Shown here: positions 21,456 to 31,288 of the stretch, in pieces
Position numbering within the stretch: the first letter of the stretch is position 1
Layout: the number at the start of each line of letters is the position of its first letter
Assembly (NCBI GenBank): GCA_963662285.2
Contig: CAXXMV010000006.1
Span: forward strand, 1,376,001-1,440,000
Origin: a bacterium
Lineage (GTDB): Bacteria > Hinthialibacterota > Hinthialibacteria > Hinthialibacterales > Hinthialibacteraceae
Direction of reading: 5' to 3'
DNA: 64,000 nucleotides
The notes under the pieces: generated by a model
Databases searched by the model: none
Told to the model about the DNA's origin: nothing
Seen by the model: the letters and a program-made list of their open reading frames with translations, nothing else
Position numbers and translations under genes: made by a program

Positions 21456-21633
21456 GTTGTCACCTCTTCGGGGATTGAGAGTGTGGCCGTGTAGAGCGCT
21501 TGTATCCAGCGCATTATATGCCCTTGTCCTGTGAGGTGACTGGGGTATTTTTATGTCTGCCTCAGTTATTTCCTCTTCCAAGATGACGCTTTCTTACCCG
21601 TAAACATTTTATCTTTCTAAGGAGTTATTCGAG

Positions 21634-22470
21634 ATGAAGCGTTTTACGGCAATGCTATTAGGTCTGTGTTTGTTTGTTCCTGCAAGTTGGTCTTTAAATA
21701 AGGCTGGCTTGGTCATCAAGAATTCAACCGGTGAGTTAATTACCCGTTGCGTAGAATTCGAAGAAGAATCAGTGACAGTAGAAAAACTGCTGCAAGACTC
21801 AGGCTTCAAACTGGTTACTGAAGATAGTGAGTCGGGCGTCATGCTGCATTACATTCATGATGATGGCGCTATGGATGGTTCACTACATGCCGATGGTTGG
21901 GTATGGAACTTTTTTTTGAATGATGCCAATGGCTGGGTATTCTCTCCGGGCGACGTTTCTTCTGCGACTGTGGTGGATGGAACCATCTTTGGATTTGGAT
22001 TCGGAGCATTGGGTGAGGTTGAATTGCCCGAACGAACATTCGCTGATGTATGTGAAATAACCAGTATGGCTGGAATTATCGTAGATCATAGCGATGGTAC
22101 GCGGGTGATTAATGTGGTTGAGTTTCCCGGTGAGACTATTACTGGACTGCAATTGTTACAAAGAACTGGTTTTGAATTAAAAACCAATGTTTCATCCTTT
22201 GGTACGGCCATTTGTGCGATTGATGGCGAAGGTCAGCCGGGCGATGATTGTTTCGGTGATCCGGAAGGCCGCTATTGGGCTTTTAATATTTTAGGTTTGG
22301 ATAACCAATGGATTTCTTCTATGGTTGGAGCTGGTGATGCAATTGTAAGGAATGATGATATTCATGGATATTACTTCTCGACCTGGGGATCAGTAGCGCC
22401 ACCAGTTAAAAGAGATGATATCCTAGGCGTTACTTCCGGCTTGGATAATTGGGAAGCCTATCAAGAATAA
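21634..22470 (+). CDS. secreted protein with two tandem DUF4430/transcobalamin-C-terminal-like (putative cobalamin-binding) domains and C-terminal motif
   Basis: Sec signal; two repeats AG(L/I)(V/I)..S.G....VEF..E..T...LL..(S/T)GF...I.(D/G).G...W.F...W..S...V.(D/N); first gene after the B12 riboswitch; ends TSGLDNWEAYQE. Confidence 0.7.
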   Translation: MKRFTAMLLGLCLFVPASWSLNKAGLVIKNSTGELITRCVEFEEESVTVEKLLQDSGFKLVTEDSESGVMLHYIHDDGAMDGSLHADGWVWNFFLNDANGWVFSPGDVSSATVVDGTIFGFGFGALGEVELPERTFADVCEITSMAGIIVDHSDGTRVINVVEFPGETITGLQLLQRTGFELKTNVSSFGTAICAIDGEGQPGDDCFGDPEGRYWAFNILGLDNQWISSMVGAGDAIVRNDDIHGYYFSTWGSVAPPVKRDDILGVTSGLDNWEAYQE

Positions 22471-22481
22471 GATATATAATC

Positions 22482-23786
22482 ATGATAAAAAAATATTTTC
22501 AACAGTTAATTATATGTATATGGGCAATGACTCTCATAAGTGGATTTAATGACGCTTATGCCGTGGAATTTGATGAAGAGTTTACCCTATACCGGGGAGA
22601 GGAGGCTGTGGAGTTTTCACGTAATCCGCAGAACTCTATTGTCGTTGATTCTGAAGGCCGTATTCATCTGGTCTATTTTGTTCCAGACCAATCATCCAAT
22701 TCTCCTGAAAACCGCATCATGTATATGACTGTTGAAAATGGAGAGACCTCTTCTCCCGTCCGCGTGGATAGTACGGATATGGGCGGGGGGAGGCATCCCT
22801 CCCTGGCTATTGATTCAAAAGACGCCGTTCATGTCGTATGGCAAGATTACCGTCATACAACAGCAGCCGGTAATTACATTGATAACATCGAAATTTATTA
22901 TGATGTCAAACCCGTTGATAGTCAGTTTGCTCAAAATGATTGGCGATTGACGGATACTAATGCTGATCATAAAGGCGACAATGGTTTTGTTCCAAATATC
23001 GCTATCGGCTGCGATAACCGGATTCATGTTACATGGTATGATTACACATCCAATGGAAACAACGCTGATATTTATCTGCAAAGCAGCGACGCCGATGGCG
23101 CTTTTGTTAGTCAATCCGGTATAGAAGATTTTCGGATTACTGATGTCCAAGAGAATCCTGATAACTATACCTCCAATTGGCTGCCGGATGTTTGCGCATT
23201 GCCTGATGGTTCCGTCTATGTAGTTTGGGGTTTCCTTACTGGATGGCAGGGAACATTTGAATTACAGGGGCGGGTAGTTTCAGCTGATTGCGCCCTTGGC
23301 GATGTAGATATCATTGCTCCTAAGGGCGCTAGTTTTAATGATCCTCCACGGTTAGCGAGCGACCAGCAGGGGAATATGGCGATGGTTTATACTGCATACA
23401 TCGATGGAATGTATCAGGTTAACGTCCAATTCAAGCCAATAGGTGGAGTGTGGAGCGGCGCAGTGATCGTCAATGATGGAACAAAAGATTCTGCGCAGCC
23501 ATCAATTGCTTTTGATTCACTAGGAGTCGCTCACATTGTATGGCAGGAAGATTTTGGCGGTATATATCAAGTCGCCTATGCGCGGTTTGATCCACTAACC
23601 ATGTTAGTCGATAACCACACAGTTCTAAGCAGTGAATACGCCGACGCCAGAACGCCTGCCATAGCATTGCATCCTGTTACCGATCAAATAAATGTGGTTT
23701 GGATAGATCGCTGGGAGGAAGGCGAACGCGCTATCGTTATGTGCAGTGAAATATATATGGCGGTTGATTCCTGGCAACTATATTAA
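22482..23786 (+). CDS. secreted beta-propeller (BNR/sialidase-like repeat) protein with C-terminal motif
   Basis: Start MIKKYF; Sec signal; repeated P.(L/I)A.D..G..H(V/I)VW.D blades; ends MAVDSWQLY. Confidence 0.75.
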   Translation: MIKKYFQQLIICIWAMTLISGFNDAYAVEFDEEFTLYRGEEAVEFSRNPQNSIVVDSEGRIHLVYFVPDQSSNSPENRIMYMTVENGETSSPVRVDSTDMGGGRHPSLAIDSKDAVHVVWQDYRHTTAAGNYIDNIEIYYDVKPVDSQFAQNDWRLTDTNADHKGDNGFVPNIAIGCDNRIHVTWYDYTSNGNNADIYLQSSDADGAFVSQSGIEDFRITDVQENPDNYTSNWLPDVCALPDGSVYVVWGFLTGWQGTFELQGRVVSADCALGDVDIIAPKGASFNDPPRLASDQQGNMAMVYTAYIDGMYQVNVQFKPIGGVWSGAVIVNDGTKDSAQPSIAFDSLGVAHIVWQEDFGGIYQVAYARFDPLTMLVDNHTVLSSEYADARTPAIALHPVTDQINVVWIDRWEEGERAIVMCSEIYMAVDSWQLY

Positions 23787-24505
23787 TGGAAAAAGTAAAA
23801 TCTCAAAATTCATCGAACTTTGATGCTGCATTTACACTGATCGAATTATTGATCGTGGTAGCCATCATTGGAATCCTGGCGGCTATTGTAAGCGCCAACT
23901 ATTTCCGGGCGATTCGCCGCGCTGACGCCGCCGCATGTCAACAGAACCTGCGCACTATACATACTGCGTTGAATGCTTACCGCCTGGATTACAACCATTT
24001 TCCCCCTGCCGATGGAATCGCTGATGTGCAGCCTCATCCAGACAAAACAGAGTTCGGCTGCGGGCCAGCCGCCAATGGTTATTGGAGCGGAGTATCAATG
24101 CTCTTGGTTAAATATGACTATTGCGCAGAAGCCGCTCTGTATTGTCCGGCGTTGAAGCGCCAGCATAGTAATCGTATTGAGGCCTGGCCCAGTTGCGGTG
24201 ATACGGAATTTTCCGGTAAACTGGTTCCGCAATGGCGTTTCATGCGCTTCGCCTACAATAGCGCCGCCACTGATGTTGGTGGATACAGCGGAGGTGAACA
24301 TAATATCGAAGAAGACGGGGATGCTGATATCTGGTTAGTGCGCTGTCTTAATATTGATGTCGGGCAATTTGATGCTGAACGGGCTATCCGCTTTCCCTTT
24401 CGGATTAAGCAGGATGAAGAGAATTCCGCCCTGACCTGGTGGGGAGAATATGAACTTTCGCTTCATGGAACTATCCGTTTGCGTCCTGTCCAGTTGAGAA
24501 AATAA
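23786..24505 (+). CDS. Cys-rich prepilin/pseudopilin-like protein in the B12 operon
   Basis: DAA|FTLIELLIVVAIIGILAAIV signal; AACQQNLRTIHTAL..Y..D..FP and LYCP motifs; TAATG stop/start overlap with the upstream gene. Confidence 0.85.
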   Translation: MEKVKSQNSSNFDAAFTLIELLIVVAIIGILAAIVSANYFRAIRRADAAACQQNLRTIHTALNAYRLDYNHFPPADGIADVQPHPDKTEFGCGPAANGYWSGVSMLLVKYDYCAEAALYCPALKRQHSNRIEAWPSCGDTEFSGKLVPQWRFMRFAYNSAATDVGGYSGGEHNIEEDGDADIWLVRCLNIDVGQFDAERAIRFPFRIKQDEENSALTWWGEYELSLHGTIRLRPVQLRK

Positions 24506-24548
24506 AGCAGGTTCCAGTTAAATAATTACCGCTTGTTCTATAGAACTC

Positions 24549-24579
24549 AAAAAAAGGTTGCTTATTCGCAACCTTTTTT
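24549..24579 (+). terminator. terminator closing the B12 operon
   Basis: aaaaaggttgc-ttattc-gcaacctttttt. Confidence 0.8.
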
Positions 24580-24689
24580 CATTAGTATTCGTTTAAATTA
24601 ATGCGTAATGATTGCAAAATTGGATCGTATGTTAATATAGGATACGTCTGCATATTTATATATTTTTCGGGAAACAGTGGAGAGCGTCC

Positions 24690-26141
24690 ATGATCGATCA
24701 TGATCAGTTATGTGAGAGAATTAAATTTCAAATTGAATTGAAAAATTTCCCTGAAGCGTTGATACAACTGCGCCGGGAATTAGAGAGCAATCCCGAAGAC
24801 GGTCAGGTACAGTTTTGGTTGGGGATCGTCCTGGCTGAGATCAAAGAATACCGTGAAGCCAAAGATCACCTTACACTAGCTAAACAATTCGATCCCGAAA
24901 ATATGGATATTGATAGCATCCTGGAACAGATCGACCTTAAGCAATCCGGCGGCATAGAAGAAAAACCCATCGCATCGCACTATTTCAATCTTGAAGAACC
25001 CCAGGAATATAAGAAAAAACTATGCCCGCAATGCGCCAGACAAATCGCGGTTGACTCTTGGAAATGCGGTTATTGCAATCATATTTTTTATAAACGCATT
25101 ATCGTCACTTTAACCATAATGCTTGTACTGTGCGGTCTGTTTGTGAATATCTTCAAAAACTGGTATTCAGGATTCATGGGCTATGGATTTAGTGAAGCTT
25201 TCATCGTTAATAAAGCAGGTGAAGATGGAGAACGGATTGCCATTAGTGATGCGGAATGGAATTGTGTAGGTTTGGGTCTTGCCCAACATTTGGGAACAGG
25301 ATATAACGGTCGCGTCAAAGGTAAAATCAAAAATTCCGGCGACCAGGATATTGAGAAGGCGGTTATAACCATATTCTTACAATTCGATGCTGATCGCGAT
25401 GTAACCTTTGTCTGGTTTGATGTATATAACTGGGCGTCAGGGATGGAATTGGATTTTGATTTCCCCGGCATATCGCCTCCCTATCGACCGAAACGCTGCG
25501 AATTACGAGTTGAGAGCGTCGTGTTGGCCAAAGAGAAATTAGCGGTCGGCGTAAAACCGACTTTTTATGTACCTTGGGGAGGGGGCGTCGGTCAAGTTTG
25601 TCATTTCCCTTCATACAAATTCACGGCAGGCGAGGAATTGCTGGCGGAGCGGCAATATGCCTGGTATAAGCCCGCCGATCCGTGGTCTTTCAAGCAATTT
25701 CTGTTTGCATATTTAGATATCATTCCACCATTGATTTTCAATTTCTTCTGCGTCATGGCGGCGGTTATACTGGTTAATCTTTGCGACCCAGATAGAAAAT
25801 GGAATACTGAATTAACTCTTGATGCATTCGCCAGCGCCTTTTTGGTTATTGGATTCATCCCGCTTAATGTTCTTTCCTATATTCTAGGGATATTTTGGCT
25901 TTTCAGAATGATCCTATTTTTTGGCAAGTTATATTTGTTTTATCTGTTCTTTAAAAGGTCTATTGGATTTACTATTCTGATGATTATTTTTTATGTCTTG
26001 GTAGTCATGTCTTGTATGGGGCTATGGTATAAAATTGTAGGTGCGCCGGAAAAAAATATTCCTCCTTCATATCATCAATTGCAAATGGGAGACGAAAATA
26101 TGATGGGTGGCATGAAAGGCGCCAATCCACCCAAGCCCTGA
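24690..26141 (+). CDS. membrane protein with N-terminal TPR, zinc ribbon, periplasmic domain and C-terminal multi-TM domain
   Basis: TPR-like first 80 aa; CPQC..CGYC; one TM, ~180-aa soluble region, ~4 C-terminal TMs. Confidence 0.65.
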   Translation: MIDHDQLCERIKFQIELKNFPEALIQLRRELESNPEDGQVQFWLGIVLAEIKEYREAKDHLTLAKQFDPENMDIDSILEQIDLKQSGGIEEKPIASHYFNLEEPQEYKKKLCPQCARQIAVDSWKCGYCNHIFYKRIIVTLTIMLVLCGLFVNIFKNWYSGFMGYGFSEAFIVNKAGEDGERIAISDAEWNCVGLGLAQHLGTGYNGRVKGKIKNSGDQDIEKAVITIFLQFDADRDVTFVWFDVYNWASGMELDFDFPGISPPYRPKRCELRVESVVLAKEKLAVGVKPTFYVPWGGGVGQVCHFPSYKFTAGEELLAERQYAWYKPADPWSFKQFLFAYLDIIPPLIFNFFCVMAAVILVNLCDPDRKWNTELTLDAFASAFLVIGFIPLNVLSYILGIFWLFRMILFFGKLYLFYLFFKRSIGFTILMIIFYVLVVMSCMGLWYKIVGAPEKNIPPSYHQLQMGDENMMGGMKGANPPKP

Positions 26142-26222
26142 GTTTTTATAGAATCCAGGTTTTTTAATATGTATGATTTTTTATTAACGTTATTGCGAGC
26201 TAAATGTTATTTATAAAGAAAA

Positions 26223-26261
26223 AAAAAGGATAAGCGGCATAGATAGCCGCTTATCCTTTTT
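26223..26261. terminator. bidirectional terminator hairpin
   Basis: aaaaaggataagcggc-atagata-gccgcttatccttttt between convergent genes. Confidence 0.85.
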
Positions 26262-26291
26262 AGTTATACAGTTTTATTAGATGGTGCTTTC

Positions 26292-27062
26292 TCAATTACT
26301 TTGAATTCGGTGAATCATAATTCTTTCAGCATAGAAGGAATCGGGTATTTCATCTTCATTCGTATCAATAAATACCACATGCGCTCCGGCAATATCGCCT
26401 GGCAGAATCTCTTCATCCTCTTGCAAGCGTGTGCGAATAACGGTGGATTCATCAATAATAACGGGGATGCCTTCAATGACCGCAAGTCCGTTTTCAATAT
26501 CGAATGAATCGAGCAAGCCCCGGATTCCGCCCTCGTTGGAATCACAGATATTGCTCTCAACATCCATTACCCGCACTTTTGATGCTTGCAAAATTGAGCC
26601 ATTTTCAGTTTCGATAATCATCGCCTGTATGAATACGTGTTGACCGGCTTGGATTTCTACTATTTCCGAGTCCTCTTCGGATTCTTCATCAACAAAGCGA
26701 CACTGACGAACAAACGGCATATATTCGATTTCAGCTTCAGTTGTATCGACCGCTAAGGCGCCGTCAATGATCGATAGCGAAACTTCGTTTACTTCTGATA
26801 TAACGCCCCGGAGAAAAACGGTTCCATCTTCCCAATTGATGCAAATACAGGCAGTAGCATTTCTTGGAATAGCACGGTCTTTCCCACGATTCATCCTTCC
26901 CTGTCCTTGAGGAGTTCCAGGCATAGGATTCGATGCAACATCGTCTGATCCGATTACTCGAATGCCTCCTTTTCTTCCACGGGCTTCAGAATCCAGGCTC
27001 ATCAAGCATAAACCGGCGAAAATTCCAACCAACAGCGCAAAATACAATGATTTCTTAGGCAT
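26292..27062 (-). CDS. exported DUF5666-like (tandem OB-fold-like) protein
   Basis: Signal peptide; two repeats RG.I..V.....I.G..V..(D/T).T.I......G..V.......A..I. Confidence 0.6.
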   Translation of the reverse strand: MPKKSLYFALLVGIFAGLCLMSLDSEARGRKGGIRVIGSDDVASNPMPGTPQGQGRMNRGKDRAIPRNATACICINWEDGTVFLRGVISEVNEVSLSIIDGALAVDTTEAEIEYMPFVRQCRFVDEESEEDSEIVEIQAGQHVFIQAMIIETENGSILQASKVRVMDVESNICDSNEGGIRGLLDSFDIENGLAVIEGIPVIIDESTVIRTRLQEDEEILPGDIAGAHVVFIDTNEDEIPDSFYAERIMIHRIQSN

Positions 27063-27278
27063 AAGTCTCTTCCTTTCAGGATTGAATTACGGTTGCGTTC
27101 CAAATCGGCAGTGAAAAATATCCGTACAAGTGTTCAAAAAACATTAATAGAATGCTTTTGCAGAGTCACTTATTCATGAATACGAATGTAAATTGACTGC
27201 CAAAATGATGAAAAGATGCAACTCTACTACAAAGAACAATCAAGAAAGAAATCGGGTTCACTTACAGAGGGGATTTTT

Positions 27279-27923
27279 TTAAGGAATTTGCTGAGGGAAA
27301 GAAAGATTACCGCCGAATCGTCCCAAATCGCCTTCCGACCGTAATCCGTTGCTGGGTTGATAGCAGGCAGAGGATAGTAACGATCCGATTCCGGGAAGCG
27401 GTCGCAATCCCAAACTCGAATCTTTGCCATCCGGACCAAAACTTATTATTCCATAACCTGGAATAGGATTCCGGGGGGGAACCATGAAATGCGAATAATC
27501 GTAATATCCAAATCCAAATAAATCAGGGACATTTAATATTTCCAGAGATATTGAATCATTGATGGTTTGCGCCGTATTCTTCGTGAAAGGATCACGTAAA
27601 ATTTCAATATCGCCGGGTAGATAAGAGCCGATTAGAGATTGCAATGCAACTTGAGCATCGTAATTTGTGATAAATTGAGACGGAGGATCGCTTGAACCAT
27701 AAGGATAATGTCCCCGGTCAAAGGAAAAAGTTTCTACCGCATCAGAAATGATTCGAAGATTGTTCTGCGTGGAGGCTATTTTTGCTTTTAACAAAGCATT
27801 GTTAACGACAGGCATAGAAATAGCCGCAAGGATACCGATGATTGCCACCGATACCAATAACTCATTGAGAGTAAAAGCGCTTCTATATCTTTTGCGATAA
27901 AACAGATAATTATGACGTTTCAT
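27279..27923 (-). CDS. prepilin/GspG-like pseudopilin
   Basis: Start MKRHN (ATG 27923); RSA|FTLNELLVSVAIIGILAAISMP; DPF; SFGPDG..YQPSNGLRSEGDL. Confidence 0.85.
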   Translation of the reverse strand: MKRHNYLFYRKRYRSAFTLNELLVSVAIIGILAAISMPVVNNALLKAKIASTQNNLRIISDAVETFSFDRGHYPYGSSDPPSQFITNYDAQVALQSLIGSYLPGDIEILRDPFTKNTAQTINDSISLEILNVPDLFGFGYYDYSHFMVPPRNPIPGYGIISFGPDGKDSSLGLRPLPGIGSLLSSACYQPSNGLRSEGDLGRFGGNLSFPQQIP

Positions 27924-28110
27924 AATATATAAGTATATCAACGTTTGCTGAAAATGTGAATCACTTATTGAAAGATAATATGATATTGTTATCAAGTCAG
28001 TTAGACTTTATATAAAAGATTCATCAAATAAATCCTGAAAGTAAACCCAAATCGTTTTCTACGCCTTCTATAATATATAGGTAAATAATAATTTACAGGA
28101 GAAATATTGG

Positions 28111-28743
28111 ATGGCTGTTTCTGCGCCAAACCCAGCTGGAGAAGATCAAATTCACGAAATCCAGAAATCTACTGACCGGACTCAATCGGATCACGAACTT
28201 CTGGAGCGTTCGATGAATTGCGACCGGACGGCGTTTAGTGAATTAGCCAAACGGTATTTTCATATCGTTTATGCGACAGCTCTATCGATTCTTAATTCTC
28301 CAGAAGAAGCTGAAGACGCCTGTCAGGATGGATTGATCAAAGCGTTTCGATATATTAAAACGATCAGAGATCCCGATAAATTTGGTTTTTGGTTGCGGAG
28401 CATCGTCCGTCAGGAAAGTTGTTCACGTTTAAAGAAAAAGTCCAGAACGCTTACTTTATTGAAAAAGATTAGTACGGAAAATCAATCGGATGCAGTACTT
28501 ATTCATTCTGATAAGCAACGCCGATTGTATCATAAACAATTATTGCATCATGCGGTTGAACACTTATCAGAGAAAGCCAGGGAAATCGTCTTGTTGCACT
28601 ATATGAGCGGTTTAAGTTGTGAAGAAATTGCCGTTCAAGTCGGTTCACGTCCAGGTACAATCAAGAGTCATTTATTCAAATCGCGTCAGAAGATGCTCGG
28701 TTATTTGTCTGAAATCGGAGTACACTCCATTGAAGATATTTAA
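28111..28743 (+). CDS. ECF-family RNA polymerase sigma-70 factor
   Basis: AFSEL..RY..VY..A..AEDACQD..F..WL region 2; LSEKAREIVLLHY..LSCEEIA..GTIKSHLFKSR region 4. Confidence 0.92.
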   Translation: MAVSAPNPAGEDQIHEIQKSTDRTQSDHELLERSMNCDRTAFSELAKRYFHIVYATALSILNSPEEAEDACQDGLIKAFRYIKTIRDPDKFGFWLRSIVRQESCSRLKKKSRTLTLLKKISTENQSDAVLIHSDKQRRLYHKQLLHHAVEHLSEKAREIVLLHYMSGLSCEEIAVQVGSRPGTIKSHLFKSRQKMLGYLSEIGVHSIEDI

Positions 28744-28794
28744 GATAGAAAAAGTAAGATGGGAATTTATTTCCCTCTTAAGTTTGAGGTTATC

Positions 28795-29619
28795 ATGAAT
28801 AGGATACCGGATACAAACGTAGAGAAGGAAGACGTATTATTACGCGAGTTAGGCAAATCCGTCTTTCCCGATCAGGAACGTTTTCAAAAGAATCTTTTTA
28901 CCCGGCTGGAAATCGAACATATCAGGCATTCTTTAGAAGAAGACCAGGTCGTTGCCTGGCGCAGAAAGCCCTGGTTCCGGTTTGCTTATGCCGCGGTCTT
29001 TCTAGTAATGGTGATGTTATCAGGAACGTACTGGTATTATTCTTCTACAAAAGCCATTGCAACCGTAGCGGTTGCATTGGGGGATATAACGACATCCAGC
29101 GCATCTTCACAGGATAAATCTATTTATCCTGGAGATATCGTTCAAAGTGATACTGCCAGTCAAGCCAGTTTGTTGTTATCTGACCGATCTCTAATCCGGC
29201 TCGACGAGCAATCGTCCCTGAAAATGATCGAACGGCGCAAAATCAAACTCCTGGAAGGACGTTTGTTCGCCGAAATCGCCCGGACGCCCCAAATCGATCA
29301 ATTCCAGATTGATACCAAAAACATATCCATCATCGTCTTGGGAACCTCTTTTGAGGTAGACGCACAAGAAGAACAAAACACCGTAACGGTTTATCAAGGC
29401 TCGGTGCGCGTGGAATGGTCAGGTCAATCAAAAACTTTAACTAAAGGTGATTCCTTATCAATTTCAACGAATAACCAAAGTTCTCAAAGCCATACAGTAA
29501 AAACTGATATTCCGGTCTGGTTGATGAAATTACGTCAGGCTGAATCGAACAACCCTATTATCCAAGAGATGCAGAAGCATTTCCCCAGCCGTTCGTTGAA
29601 TATCAAGAAAAGTCCATGA
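28795..29619 (+). CDS. FecR-domain anti-sigma factor
   Basis: Single TM then FecR domain (L.DRSLIRLDEQS..LLEG..VLGTSFEV..VYQGSV); directly after the ECF sigma. Confidence 0.85.
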   Translation: MNRIPDTNVEKEDVLLRELGKSVFPDQERFQKNLFTRLEIEHIRHSLEEDQVVAWRRKPWFRFAYAAVFLVMVMLSGTYWYYSSTKAIATVAVALGDITTSSASSQDKSIYPGDIVQSDTASQASLLLSDRSLIRLDEQSSLKMIERRKIKLLEGRLFAEIARTPQIDQFQIDTKNISIIVLGTSFEVDAQEEQNTVTVYQGSVRVEWSGQSKTLTKGDSLSISTNNQSSQSHTVKTDIPVWLMKLRQAESNNPIIQEMQKHFPSRSLNIKKSP

Positions 29620-31241
29620 TGAAATCTTTTTTTTTTACCATATTTATATTGTTATTCATGGAATCTGCTTTTAGTGATAATCCAGTTCCAATGGATGGCT
29701 TTACTGTTCATTCTCTTGATCCCACGGTGAATCTATTGAGCGGAATGGTTTGGACTTCCGATGGATTAGTGGTTTGCGACCGCAGTGCGGGGACGCTTCT
29801 GCTCATTCATAACGACCAGTCCACTGAGGTCATTATCGACCAATTGGATACTCCTGTAGATGTGATGGAATACCAGAATCAATGGCTCATTCTTCAAGAA
29901 ATTGAAGGTTCGTTAATTGCCGTCGATAAGGAAACATTACACCGAAGAACCATAGCCGGAGAATTCATTCATCCCACTGCATTTACTATCGATGATAATA
30001 ATACGGCTTATATCACAGAATTTGAGACAGGTTTTCTATTTAAGATTGATCTTGAATCAGGAGAGACTGAACGAATTCCTGTGATGTTCGACCGACCGGC
30101 GGATGTTCTCTTTGTAAAGCCTGATTTGCTGTATATTGCTGATCAGGTAGGAGCGGATCTTCAAGCGGGAACTGTGGTAACAATAAATAGAAGCGGAAAA
30201 CTTTTACGCTTCGAGACAGATATTATCGATCCTACAGGACTCGCCTTATCGCATTCTGGAGAAATATATGTTTCAACCTTCTCGATACGTGATTCATCTT
30301 CTGGCAATCGCATGCAATCGTTCAACGGTGGAGTGGTATGTTTAAGCGATCATCATATATCCACCGAAATCGTCTCCGGTCTATTAGGGCCGACCAGTAT
30401 TCTTTTTGATGATGAAGGTAATTTGATCGTTCTTGAAGAACCCACGGATTCTATTTACCGATTCTCCTCTTCAGGAGAACGGACGCCGATTCTGGAAGGA
30501 TTCGCACCAGTCATGCAGGCGGCTCGCAACAACAATGGCGATATTTATGCTATAGAAAATACTCCTTTGCATCAAATAAAGATTCGTAAACAAGATGGTT
30601 TTATTTCGAGTTGGGGGCATTCATTTATTAAAATGTGGGATCGAGTGAAGATGGCTGTTGATGGACCGGGCTATGTATATATTTCCGAACCGATGTTTTC
30701 CCGCATACTTGTTTACGATCAAACGGGAAATCAGGTTCATGCATTTGACAATATATTCCCGTTTTATATGATGGGCATACCTACTGGCGGGATTTTTGTC
30801 TTCACTCTGAGAGGTAACTCATTCGCTCTTTCCCTGTTAAAAGCAGAGGAAAGCATCATAAATATTCCTATTGAACTCGACAACATGTTCACAACCGGTT
30901 TTGCCAGATCAGATGACCAACTGGTTTTATGTTTTGCCAATGGAGAAATACAGGAATTCTCGCTTGGAACTAACCAGAAAAAAAGAATCAACCCAGGTCA
31001 TAAAAGAGTTACCTATCTTTCATCCGCTCCAGACAAAAACAACGAAAATGCATTCTGGTTATTGGATTCCAATTATAATATTCTATTCTGGGACGGCAAC
31101 GAACTGATTCCTGCCGCACAGGCAACTGAACCGGGCATACTCCTCGCTGCTTCCAATGGCGTTTTATTCATAGGAAATTCCGGCAAACGTTTCCCTATCC
31201 AACCTGAAACCTCAGCAATTTCAGGTTGGAATTTATATTAG
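29616..31241 (+). CDS. secreted NHL/SMP-30-type beta-propeller protein with C-terminal motif
   Basis: Sec signal; repeated P.(G/D/A)....D.G..YI.E blades; ATGA overlap with fecR; ends TSAISGWNLY. Confidence 0.75.
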   Translation: MMKSFFFTIFILLFMESAFSDNPVPMDGFTVHSLDPTVNLLSGMVWTSDGLVVCDRSAGTLLLIHNDQSTEVIIDQLDTPVDVMEYQNQWLILQEIEGSLIAVDKETLHRRTIAGEFIHPTAFTIDDNNTAYITEFETGFLFKIDLESGETERIPVMFDRPADVLFVKPDLLYIADQVGADLQAGTVVTINRSGKLLRFETDIIDPTGLALSHSGEIYVSTFSIRDSSSGNRMQSFNGGVVCLSDHHISTEIVSGLLGPTSILFDDEGNLIVLEEPTDSIYRFSSSGERTPILEGFAPVMQAARNNNGDIYAIENTPLHQIKIRKQDGFISSWGHSFIKMWDRVKMAVDGPGYVYISEPMFSRILVYDQTGNQVHAFDNIFPFYMMGIPTGGIFVFTLRGNSFALSLLKAEESIINIPIELDNMFTTGFARSDDQLVLCFANGEIQEFSLGTNQKKRINPGHKRVTYLSSAPDKNNENAFWLLDSNYNILFWDGNELIPAAQATEPGILLAASNGVLFIGNSGKRFPIQPETSAISGWNLY

Positions 31242-31288
31242 AGGATTTGTTTATTATCAGGATTTTTTTATTCAACTAAACCGAATAT

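Noticed and set aside
21393-21581. 62-aa minus-strand ORF
   Set aside because: Antisense to the riboswitch and leader, with no coding features
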